The notes: generated by a model from the letters alone, not told the origin. 64,000 nucleotides of DNA from Saprospiraceae bacterium (GCA_040007895.1 JBDTUE010000001.1:888-64887), one strand, 5' to 3'; shown: positions 19,601 through 29,494, counted from the stretch's first letter. Translations and numbers: made by a program.

Positions 19601-22189
19601 AAATATCAATCTTCAGAAACTATTGAACTCAATGTTCCGGCGCCTGTGTTATCTAAAATGCTAGTTACACTCGAGAATGGAAGCAAAGTACTTGAAGCAC
19701 ACTGGGTCACCGTCGATAAATCACCTTTCATTTTTAAATTCCAGGCATCAGCCGCTATGGCTCCGGCAGTATATGCTCATGTCACACTCATTCAACCACA
19801 TGGTTATTCTAATAATGATTTACCCATGAGAATGTATGGAGTGATTCCTATACCTATTGAAAACGGAACTGCTAAACTTAATCCTAAAATAACAAGCAAT
19901 GACTCGTTTAAACCTGAACATTCAGAAACGATAGAAATATCAGAGTCAGGCGGGAATCCAATGGCGTACACGCTTGATATCATAGATGAAGGATTATTGG
20001 ATATCACGAATTATAAAACCCCGGACCCTTACGCTGCATTTTATTCTAAAGAGGCATTGGGTGTCCGTACGTGGGATGTGTATGACCATGTGTTAGGTGC
20101 ATATGGCGGTAAACTGGAAAGTATATTAAGTATCGGGGGGGATGAAGGATTAAATGGAAATGCTAAAAGCAATGCGGTAAGCCGGTTTAAATCTCCCGTA
20201 ATACATCTTGGTCCATTTCAATTGAATAAAAATGAAAAGAAAAAACATTCGATCACTATTCGCAATTATGTCGGATCGGTTAAAATAATGGTCGTTGCGG
20301 CCGGAGATGATGCTTATGGTAATGCTGAAAAAGCAGTACCGGTTAAAAGCCCGATCATGATCTTACCCACGCTTCCAAGAATATTAAGTACCAATGAAAC
20401 AATCAAACTCCCGGTGAATATATTCGTAACTGATCCTGCATTGACCCAGGGTACGGTCACCATAAAGGATAAAAACAATCAATTGAAATTTGATTCAAAT
20501 TCAAAAAATACCACTTTCAACGGGGCAGGGGAGTACATGGAATATTTTGATTTTACTACCTCTGATTTACCCAATACAACTACTATTCAACTTGAAGCTA
20601 AATCAGGGAATCAAACTACAAGTCAGACCATTGAAATTGAAACCCGGAATCCGAATCCTTTCCTCACTGAAACTACAACGACAATTATAGAACCAGGTTC
20701 TTCAAAAAGCATTCCGTTCAAATCCCCGGAAGGTGTAAGCCGGAGTACCACTATGGTTGAAGTATCTAATTTTCAACCAATAAAATTGAATAGTTATCTC
20801 GACGAACTTATACAATATCCTTATGGATGCGCCGAACAAACCGTATCCGCTGCCTTTCCTCAATTGTACCTGGATCAGTTTACTACTATGAATGCAAACC
20901 AGATTCAACAAACTAAAATCAATATTGAAAAATGCATTTCTTTATTATCTAAATTTAATAAGTCGGATGGATCTTTCAGCCTTTGGCCCGGTACTTCCAG
21001 TGAGACCGATCTATGGGTTACCAGTTATATTGGGCATTTCATGTTAGAAGCTCAGAAAAAAGGGTATTTAGTTCAGGATTATTTGATTTCAGGATGGAAG
21101 ACTTTTCAAAAACGAATGGCCAATCTTTATGATCCAGCCCAGAAATCATTGTACAAACCTAATCATGGTTTAGATCAGGCGTATAGATTGTATACATTGG
21201 CCTTGGCTGGTTCGCCGGATCTTGGGGCTATGAACCGATTAAAAGAGTATCCGGAGATTGGAATAAATGCCCGTTGGAGATTAGCTGCTGCATTCGCTCT
21301 TGCAGGGCAAAAAGAAGTAGCCAAAACAATGATGGTTGCCGTTCCAGATAAGACGGATTATGTAGAATCAGGTTACACATATGGTAGTCCCCTTCGTGAT
21401 CAGGCTATGATCATGGAGACCTATCTTGAAGCAGGTGAAAAAGATAAAGCAGCAGGTATAGCTTTAGAAATTTCAAAACAACTTAATTCAGATCGTGAAT
21501 ACAATACACAGGCACTTGCTTATGCCTTACAGGTATTGGGTAAATTCCTTGGCAATAGCGATGCGAAAGAGGTTGCGTGGAGTTTTAAATATCAAACGAA
21601 TGGAGAATCCAAACAGTCTGTAAATGCTATTACAGCTTCATTTCTTATTGATCCCAAAATCAGTAATGCCACCGGTAAATCAATTTCCATTGAAAATACT
21701 TCTTCTAAAATTATTTATGTAGTCACCAGCGTAAAAGGACAGCCAGCAAAAGATATCCAGGAAGATGCATCAAGTAATTTAAAACTCAGTGTATTATACC
21801 TCGATGACAATCATCAAAGTTTAAGTCCTGCGAGTCTGAATAAGGGGGATCATATTACCATAGAAGTCACTGTTCAAAATACCGGTGTTAAGTCTTATAA
21901 TAACCTGGCCTTGACACAAATCCTGCCATCCGGCTGGGAAATTATCAATGAAAGAATTACGGATGACGTAGCAGGTGCTGACCATACATCCAATTTTAAA
22001 TATCAGGATATCCGGGATGATAGAGTATTCACTTATTTTGGACTCAACCAACGACAATCGAAAACGATTAGTTTACATGCGAGAGCCAGCTACCAGGGGA
22101 CGTATCATTTACCGGCTATTACTTGTGAAGATATGTATGATGTACTCTCCTATGCACGTATTAAGGGTAGTGAGACGGTGGTCAATTAA
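16682..22189 (+). CDS. Bacterial alpha-2-macroglobulin family lipoprotein with a thioester motif
   Basis: 1835 aa with a lipoprotein signal (FAIFQAC-KN). YPYGCAEQTVSAAFPQL is the CxEQ thioester site, followed by an alpha-helical TED-like region. Size and domain order resemble YfhM-type A2M. Confidence 0.9.
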   Translation: MKLRTRLFSLFIVFAIFQACKNESVTAPNPELIGKVFRSFTKGIISSKSLLKYVFLEDMVSEEMVGKPLAKSPVSLSPASPGISYWETPNTLVFKPNQNLKSGSQYTATVNLESIQPSLSKELPKLVYTFQTREISFTVSKPSFILKADRNFQLIGEVQTSDVSDPLLIEKILNAQQDQNKLDISWVHHPESNSSNYTINNITRAKSSQISIHWDGTPLNLNSKGDYLIPAIDPDVFKLLDVTFEADPQARWVSSFSDNLLSNQNLDGLITVKGKAITLRHVIEGNNVYSYITGQIDGDITLTYSPGITSSNNKKLTESTSWEVNVPGSNPQVRFVGKGTIIPQANDIILPFEAKGLKAIDVEVFKIFDNNILQFLQSNQLDESNDLYRVGRLVSQSKIELNTISSTIGTNTWNHFAIDLNTLLKTDANAIYQVRIGFKPSYTSLTCLSKYKESPLESDELTSFYEDNYYGSEGYYEDYKWEDRDDPCKPAYYNRDQFIAKNVLISNLGIIGKVSDKQLFVAVTDLRTTEPIAGCSIDVYDFQLQKIATLTTDAEGIVQQMISGIPYALIANYQGSKGYLRMAEGQNLSMSAFDIDGQQVNKGLKGLIYGERGVWRPGDSIYLNFILNDKELKLPANHPVKLNVYDAQNKLVIQKITSQSIGHIYSFNFKTSADAPTGNWRASIKAGGADFTKTLKIEAIKPNRLKIKWDAGEEITAAQNSINLNATWLTGLQASGLSAKINSKWSPSATGFPAYKDYEFQDPARMNNDQTNLTLFEGPLDASGNANVPLKISKDFKPSGKMNLRFNIEVSEPGGDFSSQVQSSVYHPYKNYAGVKLPADPWGYKTLNLNNSSTISFVDIDTKGKFQANRKLSVGLYELEWRWWWEQRDNAVAGFNSSNHTKAIQKANITTNSNGLAEWKVSINHWGRYLIRVCDTESGHCSGDFAYAGWPDEGNDQNHFDMATLLRLGTNKEKYQSSETIELNVPAPVLSKMLVTLENGSKVLEAHWVTVDKSPFIFKFQASAAMAPAVYAHVTLIQPHGYSNNDLPMRMYGVIPIPIENGTAKLNPKITSNDSFKPEHSETIEISESGGNPMAYTLDIIDEGLLDITNYKTPDPYAAFYSKEALGVRTWDVYDHVLGAYGGKLESILSIGGDEGLNGNAKSNAVSRFKSPVIHLGPFQLNKNEKKKHSITIRNYVGSVKIMVVAAGDDAYGNAEKAVPVKSPIMILPTLPRILSTNETIKLPVNIFVTDPALTQGTVTIKDKNNQLKFDSNSKNTTFNGAGEYMEYFDFTTSDLPNTTTIQLEAKSGNQTTSQTIEIETRNPNPFLTETTTTIIEPGSSKSIPFKSPEGVSRSTTMVEVSNFQPIKLNSYLDELIQYPYGCAEQTVSAAFPQLYLDQFTTMNANQIQQTKINIEKCISLLSKFNKSDGSFSLWPGTSSETDLWVTSYIGHFMLEAQKKGYLVQDYLISGWKTFQKRMANLYDPAQKSLYKPNHGLDQAYRLYTLALAGSPDLGAMNRLKEYPEIGINARWRLAAAFALAGQKEVAKTMMVAVPDKTDYVESGYTYGSPLRDQAMIMETYLEAGEKDKAAGIALEISKQLNSDREYNTQALAYALQVLGKFLGNSDAKEVAWSFKYQTNGESKQSVNAITASFLIDPKISNATGKSISIENTSSKIIYVVTSVKGQPAKDIQEDASSNLKLSVLYLDDNHQSLSPASLNKGDHITIEVTVQNTGVKSYNNLALTQILPSGWEIINERITDDVAGADHTSNFKYQDIRDDRVFTYFGLNQRQSKTISLHARASYQGTYHLPAITCEDMYDVLSYARIKGSETVVN

Positions 22190-22283
22190 TTTTTTTATTG
22201 TAATCATGTATGAACAATTCAAATTGCATCAATATTAGAATAGTACTTTGTTCAAATAAAATGAATTGTTTATTTCAGCCACT

Positions 22284-23069
22284 ATGATCAGTAATCTTAA
22301 ACTTCTTGATAATAAAAAGGTAATTGTCGTTGGCGGAGCAGGAAGTCTGGGACAGGCAGCAGTACAATTATTTGTTCTTCACAGTGCCAGCATCTTAGTG
22401 GCTGATGTGAATATTGAACAAAATTTATATAATCACAATGATGTTCATTACCTGAAAACAAATGTTATTGAAGAATCAGAGATGAACAAGACTATCGAAT
22501 ATGCTCATAATTTATGGGGGAAGATTGATGGTTTATATCATATTGCAGGTGGATCGGGCAGGAAATTTGGTGATGGTCCTCTGCATGAAATGACTATTGG
22601 AGGATGGAATCACACTTTATCATTGAATCTTACTTCCGTGATGATTTCTAACCGGGCAATAATTCAATACTGGTTAAAAAATAATTCTGCAGGTTCAATC
22701 GTAAACACCGGATCAGTGTTGGCTTCATCTCCGGCACCTCATTTTTTTTCTACACATGCCTATGCTGCAGCTAAGTCAGGTATTGAAGGTTTTTCTAAAT
22801 CAATTGCATCTTATTATTCCGTTCAAAATATCCGTGTGAATGTTATTGCTCCAGGGTTAATTGCCACTCAAATGTCTTCAAGAGCTCAATCGGATACAGC
22901 CATATTAGATTATATTAAAATAAAACAGCCTCTTGACGGGGGTAGGATAGGGGTTCCCGTTGATTGTGCAGGTGCTGCGTTGTTTTTATTATCTGATTTG
23001 TCTTCTTTCATTACCGGTCAGGTAATTCATGTAGATGGCGGTTGGTCGTTGAATGAAGGACAATGGTAA
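22284..23069 (+). CDS. SDR-family oxidoreductase
   Basis: VVGGAGSLGQAA dinucleotide motif, NTGS and YAAAKSG catalytic motif. The track start at 22266 is TTG, and the first ATG is 22284. Confidence 0.85.
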   Translation: MISNLKLLDNKKVIVVGGAGSLGQAAVQLFVLHSASILVADVNIEQNLYNHNDVHYLKTNVIEESEMNKTIEYAHNLWGKIDGLYHIAGGSGRKFGDGPLHEMTIGGWNHTLSLNLTSVMISNRAIIQYWLKNNSAGSIVNTGSVLASSPAPHFFSTHAYAAAKSGIEGFSKSIASYYSVQNIRVNVIAPGLIATQMSSRAQSDTAILDYIKIKQPLDGGRIGVPVDCAGAALFLLSDLSSFITGQVIHVDGGWSLNEGQW

Positions 23070-23233
23070 ACGAATGTCTCGAATGCTTCGAATAACGAAT
23101 GACGATTTACGATTGACGATTGACGATTGACGAATGACGAATGACGATTGTCGATTGTCGATTGTCTCGAATCAAGGAGAAATTTTATCAATCTTTCGGA
23201 CTTTCGGACTTTCTTCCTTTCAGACTTTCAGAT
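23070..23233. repeat. Simple tandem repeat block: about 14 heptamers (ACGATTG / ACGAATG / TCGATTG) at 23070-23175, then five octamers (CTTTCGGA / CTTTCAGA) at 23193-23232
   Basis: Read directly from the sequence. It fills the 178-bp gap between the convergent SDR and prolyl oligopeptidase genes. The motif families match those at 38768-38947. Confidence 0.9.
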
Positions 23234-23247
23234 TAATTTCATCAAAG

Positions 23248-25413
23248 CTACCCTTTCATATATTTAACAGGACTATTGGTATTGTAAAAGAAAAACGACC
23301 AGATATCAGTCTGTTCGTCTATGATTTTTGAGGTGGGTTTCCCTGCTCCATGTCCGGCATCTGTTTCAATCCTGATCAACACCGGATTTTGACCTTTATG
23401 ATCAGCCTGTAGTGCAGCTGCAAACTTAAATGAATGGGCAGGCACCACACGATCATCATGATCCGCTGTTGTAACCATGGTGGACGGGTATTGAGTTCCA
23501 CTTTTTAAATTATGAAGAGGTGAATATTTAATGAGGTATTTGAATTGTTCTACAGAATCGCTGGAACCATATTCAACAGCCCATGCATGTCCTATGGTAA
23601 ACTTATGATATCTCAACATATCCATGACACCAACCGCCGGAAAAGCTACGGCAAACAAATCAGGTCGTTGCGTCATACAGGCTCCAACTAATAATCCTCC
23701 ATTGGATCCTCCTGAAATGGCTAATTTTTCTTTGGATGTATATTTTTCCTGGATTAAGTATTCTGCTGCAGCTATAAAATCGTCGAATACATTTTGCTTT
23801 TTTTCATGCATTCCTGCTTTGTGCCAGTCTTCACCAAATTCACCTCCACCACGAAGATTGGGCATAGCATATACACCTCCGTTCTCCAGCAAAATAAGCC
23901 TGGATGCACTGAAGGATGGACTCAATGAAATATTGAACCCTCCATAGGCATATAAATAACATGGATTGGTACCATCTAATTTTAGACCTTTTTTGTACAC
24001 TAAAAACATAGGAACCTGGGTACCATCTTTGCTTTTGTACCAAACTTGTTTTTGTTCAAAATCTGTGGGATTAAATTTTAAGTCAGGTTGAAAGAATAGT
24101 TTCGAACTGCCATCTTTTACCTGATATTCATAGATACTGCCCGGATCCGTAAATGAAGTATATTGGTAAAATAAAGAAGATTCATTTTCCTTACCTCCAA
24201 ATCCACCGGCACTACCTATACCCGGTAACACGATTTCTTTTTTATTCGAACCATCATAATCATACTGATAAACTTTAGAAGAAGCATTTTCTAAATATTC
24301 AGTGAATAGTTTTTTTCCTCCGGTATTGGCATTACTTAATAGATTTTTAGATTCCGGTACAATCGTTTTCCAGTGTTCTTCTTCCGGATGTGCAGGGTCT
24401 ATTTGTATAATTTTGATATTTGGTGCTTTAATATTAGTGGATACCAGGAATTGATCACCAATATTAGTAATGACGTTGCTCTCATTATCATACCCTTTAA
24501 ACAACACCGTAAATTTTCCATTCATATCATTTACTTTTCTGAATGAAGTTTCAAAGCCAGATGTTCCTTTTGAAGCATATAAGATTAGATACTTGCCATC
24601 TTCAGTGACCCCTGCATTGTGATTCATTAACGGTTCATTCCTGTTTTCATATACTTTAATATCCTTTTCCTGCGTAGTACCCAATTTGTGATAAAATACG
24701 GAATGAAACTTATTGGCGTCTGATAGTTCCATACCTGGTCGGGGTTCAGGATATCTGCTGTAGTAAAAACCTTTATCATCCCAACTTGCACCACTAAATT
24801 TTACAAATTTGATCACTTCAGGTAGTTCATGATTGGTTGCTACCTCCCGGATATGAATTTCCTGCCAGTCTGATCCGGCATTTTGCCTAGCATAGGTGAT
24901 ATATTTATCATCCCTTGAAGATCCGAGTAGATTGATCGCTACCGTACCTTTTGCAGATAAGATATTGGGATCAATAAATACTTCAGATTTGTTTTCATGT
25001 CCTTTTTGCAGATAAATAACTGCCTGGTTTTGCAATCCATCATTTTTATAATAGAAATAATAATCACCAACTTTCCGCGGTGAAGTCATTTTAGTATAAT
25101 TAAACAATTCTTCATATCGTTTCCGGATCTCTTTTCGATAAGGGATTTTAGATAGATATCCCGACGTCACTTCGTTTTGTTTTTTCACCCAATCTTCAAC
25201 TTTAGCCGCAGTATCATCCTCCATCCAACGGTAAGGATCTGCTAATGAAGTTCCATGATAATTTTCAACCACATCATCCGTATCCGTCAACGGATAGGAT
25301 ACTGGAATAATAGGATTGGTAGAAGTGGAATGCATATCCTTGGAGTTTTTACAAGTTATTAAAGCAATCGATACGACGAAAGCAAGGAACAATGTGAATA
25401 TTTTTGATTTCAT
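23248..25413 (-). CDS. Prolyl oligopeptidase (S9A prolyl endopeptidase), secreted or lipoprotein
   Basis: 721 aa with a signal peptide containing a Cys (ALITCKNS). DPYRWMED N-terminal motif, GGSNGGLLVG nucleophile elbow and a DHDDRV...GHG catalytic tail. Confidence 0.9.
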   Translation of the reverse strand: MKSKIFTLFLAFVVSIALITCKNSKDMHSTSTNPIIPVSYPLTDTDDVVENYHGTSLADPYRWMEDDTAAKVEDWVKKQNEVTSGYLSKIPYRKEIRKRYEELFNYTKMTSPRKVGDYYFYYKNDGLQNQAVIYLQKGHENKSEVFIDPNILSAKGTVAINLLGSSRDDKYITYARQNAGSDWQEIHIREVATNHELPEVIKFVKFSGASWDDKGFYYSRYPEPRPGMELSDANKFHSVFYHKLGTTQEKDIKVYENRNEPLMNHNAGVTEDGKYLILYASKGTSGFETSFRKVNDMNGKFTVLFKGYDNESNVITNIGDQFLVSTNIKAPNIKIIQIDPAHPEEEHWKTIVPESKNLLSNANTGGKKLFTEYLENASSKVYQYDYDGSNKKEIVLPGIGSAGGFGGKENESSLFYQYTSFTDPGSIYEYQVKDGSSKLFFQPDLKFNPTDFEQKQVWYKSKDGTQVPMFLVYKKGLKLDGTNPCYLYAYGGFNISLSPSFSASRLILLENGGVYAMPNLRGGGEFGEDWHKAGMHEKKQNVFDDFIAAAEYLIQEKYTSKEKLAISGGSNGGLLVGACMTQRPDLFAVAFPAVGVMDMLRYHKFTIGHAWAVEYGSSDSVEQFKYLIKYSPLHNLKSGTQYPSTMVTTADHDDRVVPAHSFKFAAALQADHKGQNPVLIRIETDAGHGAGKPTSKIIDEQTDIWSFFFYNTNSPVKYMKG

Positions 25414-25451
25414 CCTGATTGATTTAATTTAGTGGCCAAAATTAAAGAGTT

Positions 25452-26123
25452 ATGGCTTATTTCGAAGAATCATTTATAAAGTACTTTAAATCGCTTAAAA
25501 AGAATAACAATAAAGAATGGTTTGACAAAAACAAAACACTCTATGAAAATAAAGTAAAAAAGCCCTTCGAACATCTTGTTGGTGATATCATTGCTAAAAT
25601 GCAAAAACTGCATCCCGGGTTTCATTGCGAGATCAAGGATGCCATATTCAGGATCAACCGGGATGTACGGTTCAGCAATGATAAAACACCCTACAAAACC
25701 TATGTTTCAGCAGCGATCGTTCACGGGGGCCGTAAAAATATGGTGGATCCTGGATTGTATATTCAAATCACACAAGGTGGTTTGGAAATTGTAGGAGGTG
25801 TTTATATGCCTGATAAAGAACAATTGCATCGAATCAGATCTGCAGTTCAAACTCAACCAAAACAAGTGAAAAAACTTTCGGAGGATAAAAAGTTTACTAA
25901 CCTCTTTGGGTCAATAAAAGGAGAAAAGAATAAAGTATTACCACCTGAATTTAAAGAGGCTGCCAAATCAGAACCACTGATCGCAAACAAACAGTTTTAT
26001 TTTATGGCTTCATATACGGACGATAAGTTGATATTGGCAGATGATCTACTCACTTTCATAATGAAACATTATGAAACTGGAAGACCCTGGTCAGATTTTT
26101 TTACTGCCGCACTCAAAGCATAG
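25452..26123 (+). CDS. DUF2461 (TIGR02453) family protein
   Basis: NNNKEWFDKNKTLYE and FRINRDVRFSNDKTPYKT are the signature strings of this family. Confidence 0.75.
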   Translation: MAYFEESFIKYFKSLKKNNNKEWFDKNKTLYENKVKKPFEHLVGDIIAKMQKLHPGFHCEIKDAIFRINRDVRFSNDKTPYKTYVSAAIVHGGRKNMVDPGLYIQITQGGLEIVGGVYMPDKEQLHRIRSAVQTQPKQVKKLSEDKKFTNLFGSIKGEKNKVLPPEFKEAAKSEPLIANKQFYFMASYTDDKLILADDLLTFIMKHYETGRPWSDFFTAALKA

Positions 26124-26328
26124 TTTAGTTAAATTCTACGTGTTTTAAGCATACTTATAATATACTAAGCTTTAGGCGGGTGTATTGTTATTTAAGCAAT
26201 GTAATTGTTATCAATTATTAACAAATTGTTGACCATATAGTAGGGGTCTGATTATCCATAGGTTTTTATTTTTGTAGCCTAATTTCAAATTCAATTTTTT
26301 TAAAATAACTTTATAAAACTAAACACTA

Positions 26329-26862
26329 ATGAAAAAAGTTTTTTTCTTATTGGTTGTGGGCTTCGGTTTAATCGCAGCTTGCAAAAATGATAGCGCAGTA
26401 CGGGATGAAGCAAGAGCAGCCGTAGAAGGTGCTACTCCTGCGACTACAGATCCAGCTGCTGCTAATCCTGCAGACCCAAATGCTGTTGCCGCTACCGTTC
26501 CATCCGGACCTACGACTACCATTCAATTTATGGAAGAAGAATTCAACTTCGGTTCTATTAAACAAGGTGAAGTAGTATCACACACTTTTAAATTTAAAAA
26601 TACAGGTTCTGAACCTTTGATTATTACTGATGCTAAAGCTTCTTGCGGATGTACAGTTCCTAAAAAACCAAATGATCCTGTTGCTCCTGGTGAAACTGGA
26701 GAATTAGTTGTTGAATTCAACAGCGCTGGCAAATCTGGTGCACAAACCAAACAAGTTACTGTTACGGCTAATACCAATCCTCCTCAGTCTTTCATCCGTA
26801 TTGTATCTGATATCAAAGCCGGCGATGCTCCTGCAGCAGGTGCCGCAGCTGGAAAACACTAA
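26329..26862 (+). CDS. DUF1573 domain lipoprotein with an Ala/Pro-rich linker
   Basis: Lipobox (LIAACKN). FGSIKQGEVVSHTFKFKNTGSEPLIITDAKASCGCTVP is the DUF1573 core. Confidence 0.85.
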   Translation: MKKVFFLLVVGFGLIAACKNDSAVRDEARAAVEGATPATTDPAAANPADPNAVAATVPSGPTTTIQFMEEEFNFGSIKQGEVVSHTFKFKNTGSEPLIITDAKASCGCTVPKKPNDPVAPGETGELVVEFNSAGKSGAQTKQVTVTANTNPPQSFIRIVSDIKAGDAPAAGAAAGKH

Positions 26863-26923
26863 TACTACAAATTACAATAAACCGAGTATCGGGCATTCTC
26901 GGATGTTCGACTTCAAAACGCAG

Positions 26924-26956
26924 GCCGGCTCACATAGAGTTGGCTTTTGTGTTTTT
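26924..26956 (+). terminator. Putative rho-independent terminator after the DUF1573 gene
   Basis: GCCGGCTC-acata-GAGTTGGC stem (8 bp including G-U pairs) followed by TTTTGTGTTTTT. Confidence 0.45.
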
Positions 26957-27047
26957 GGAATGAACCTAATATACTTAAAGGCGAGTTCCATGAATAATTC
27001 TTGCCAAAAAAACAGAACTATAAGATTCTAACTATTTTTACCTTTCA

Positions 27048-27911
27048 ATGAAATCATATCTTTCCCTGATTAAATTCAGTCATAGCATTTTTGCATTGCC
27101 TTTCGCTATTATTGGAGCTTTATTAGGACATCGGGATGGTTATGACTTGAGCTTAATCTTATTTATCAAGATTATATTATGTATGGTACTGGCCCGCGGT
27201 GCGGCAATGGCGTTTAATCGTCTGGCAGATGAACGATATGATCGACTCAATCCCAGAACGGCCGGGCGTGAAATTCCATCGGGAGTTATTTCAAAACAAA
27301 ATGCATTGTGGTTTGTAATCTTTTGTTGTGTTGCATTTGTCATGACTACTTTTTTTATTAACAGGATTTGTTTTTATTTATCACCTGTCGCATTAATTAC
27401 AATTTTGGGATATAGTTTTACAAAAAGATGGACTGCGTTGTGTCATCTTATATTAGGATCCGGCTTGGCGTTGGCGCCAATTGGAAGTTATCTTGCTGTT
27501 ACAGGAAAATTCTCTTTGATACCGGTATTGTTTTCAGGTGTTGTTTTTTATTGGGTTTCTGGATTTGATATTATTTATGCATTACAGGATGAAGATTTTG
27601 ATAAGTCCCAGCGACTTCATTCAATCCCAGCTTGGTTAGGTAAAGAAAGAGCTTTAAAAGTGAGTAGGATTCTTCATTTGATCTGTGCATTGATTTTACT
27701 TTTTGTCAGCTGGCAATTGTATATTAAAGTGGATCTGAGATGGAGTTTCATGATTTGGGTGGCTGCAGCAATCTTTATTACTATGTTGGTATATCAACAT
27801 ACTATCGTTTCAGCGAAAGATCTTTCTAAAGTCAATTTGGCTTTTTTTACTACGAATGGACTTGCTAGTGTTATCTATGGTGCTTTACTTGGTTTAGCTC
27901 TATTAATATAG
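27048..27911 (+). CDS. UbiA-family polyprenyltransferase (4-hydroxybenzoate polyprenyltransferase-like; candidate menaquinone prenyltransferase of the futalosine route)
   Basis: 287 aa and polytopic, with NRLADERYDRLNPRT (NxxxDxxxD) and a second YALQDEDFD motif. Confidence 0.8.
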   Translation: MKSYLSLIKFSHSIFALPFAIIGALLGHRDGYDLSLILFIKIILCMVLARGAAMAFNRLADERYDRLNPRTAGREIPSGVISKQNALWFVIFCCVAFVMTTFFINRICFYLSPVALITILGYSFTKRWTALCHLILGSGLALAPIGSYLAVTGKFSLIPVLFSGVVFYWVSGFDIIYALQDEDFDKSQRLHSIPAWLGKERALKVSRILHLICALILLFVSWQLYIKVDLRWSFMIWVAAAIFITMLVYQHTIVSAKDLSKVNLAFFTTNGLASVIYGALLGLALLI

Positions 27912-27938
27912 ATAAATAGAAGATTCAAATAACGGTGT

Positions 27939-29387
27939 TTATCTGCTAGAGTGAGTCGGCTGCATTTTATCAAGTATTTCTTTCAACATGGTGAATGCTT
28001 TTTCAATGGTATCCATGTGCGTCCTGAATCCCAGGATGGCGCATCTGATCCAGACTTTTCCTTCAATAATTGTAGATGAAAAAAATACCCGCCCATCGGT
28101 TTGAATTGCATCCACTAATTTATTGTTGAATGCATTCTCATCACCTGTATTTGGGACATATCTGAATATGGTGACAGAAAGCATTGGCTTAGGCCCGGTT
28201 TCAAAACCCAGTAATTTGATTTGATTATAAAAATATTCAGTAAGCAATAATTTCTCTTCCAATGCTGCTTTGAAAGGGGCAAGACCGTGTAAATGTAAAG
28301 GCATCCACATCCTTGGCCCTCGAAAATGTTTGGTCAGTTCGGGAGACAGATCACATGGATTGTATTCATCGGCATTCACATCAAATGCATCCTTCATGTA
28401 ATTAGCCCTGTAATGATGACTCTTCATCACAGCTTGCGGATCTTTAAATAATAAAGCACCTATGCCATAGGGTAAAAACAAACCTTTGTGTGGGTCTATG
28501 GCCAGGGAATCACTTCGTTCTATTCCTTTGAGTAGTGGTTTACATACATCAATCAAATTGAAAAACCCACCATACGCCCCATCAATATGAAACCAGATTT
28601 TGTTTTCTTCACAGATATCTGCAATCTTATCCAGCGGGTCAATGGTCCCTGTATCCGTGGTTCCTGCTGATGCTATGATGATGAAAGGCATTAATCCTTC
28701 TCTTAGATCATTTAATACTTGCGATCTTAATTTATCGGCATCCATTCTATATTGATCATCCATTGGAATGATCCTGGAGACAGCTTCATTTAAGCCTGCG
28801 ATCCGGATTGCTTTATGTACACAGTGATGAATTTGTTCAGTAGTATAAATCACGGCAAGATGAAGATTGTGCCTGGTAAGATTGAATTTGTCCCGGGCAC
28901 TTACTATCGCAGTAAGATTTGCAATAGATCCGCCTGAGGTAATATTACCGTGTGCCGAGGCAGGGTATCCCATCACCTCGCACATCCAGCGAATGAGTTG
29001 ATTTTCCATTACTACAGCGCCGGGATTTGAAAAATAAATGCCGGCATACCGATTGCTCACGGCGGCCATCAAATCACCAAGACTACTGGCATAAATACCT
29101 CCACCCGGTATGTATCCGAGATGTCCACCGGATGCTGGATTTAATCCGAAATGATTTATCTCATTTTGAAATAAAGCTATTAAAGATTCAATAGGTTTTG
29201 GATCATCGGTAATGGTTAGTGATCGAAGTTCAGTTACGGTTCCTTTCCGGTAAGCAGGTCTTTCATCCATCGAATCCACGAACTCATTCAAATAATTGTT
29301 GCAGGATTCTATCCAGTGAGATCGGAGTGCAGGATCCGGTTCTAACTTTCGGGCCAGCCTCTCTAGTTCTTTCAATCGTTCTATCAT
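27939..29387 (-). CDS. Group II PLP-dependent amino-acid decarboxylase
   Basis: 482 aa with TSGGSIANL, HIDGAYGG and SLAIDPHKGLF (PLP lysine) motifs. Confidence 0.85.
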   Translation of the reverse strand: MIERLKELERLARKLEPDPALRSHWIESCNNYLNEFVDSMDERPAYRKGTVTELRSLTITDDPKPIESLIALFQNEINHFGLNPASGGHLGYIPGGGIYASSLGDLMAAVSNRYAGIYFSNPGAVVMENQLIRWMCEVMGYPASAHGNITSGGSIANLTAIVSARDKFNLTRHNLHLAVIYTTEQIHHCVHKAIRIAGLNEAVSRIIPMDDQYRMDADKLRSQVLNDLREGLMPFIIIASAGTTDTGTIDPLDKIADICEENKIWFHIDGAYGGFFNLIDVCKPLLKGIERSDSLAIDPHKGLFLPYGIGALLFKDPQAVMKSHHYRANYMKDAFDVNADEYNPCDLSPELTKHFRGPRMWMPLHLHGLAPFKAALEEKLLLTEYFYNQIKLLGFETGPKPMLSVTIFRYVPNTGDENAFNNKLVDAIQTDGRVFFSSTIIEGKVWIRCAILGFRTHMDTIEKAFTMLKEILDKMQPTHSSR

Positions 29388-29494
29388 GTTGATAAATATA
29401 GGGTTTAATTCTGCAGAGCAATACTCCGGAGAATGATATGAATAATATTAATTTTGAAGGTATATTTAATAAGCTAAAAAAATACGATTGATTC

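Noticed and set aside
20135-20141. G7 homopolymer inside the alpha-2-macroglobulin gene considered as a phase-variation switch
   Set aside because: Seven residues is below the length usually linked to efficient slipped-strand switching. It encodes an ordinary Gly-Gly in an intact frame.
26708-27031. 107-aa plus-strand ORF spanning the DUF1573 3' end and the downstream spacer
   Set aside because: It overlaps the well-supported DUF1573 frame and runs through the predicted terminator hairpin. It has no motif.
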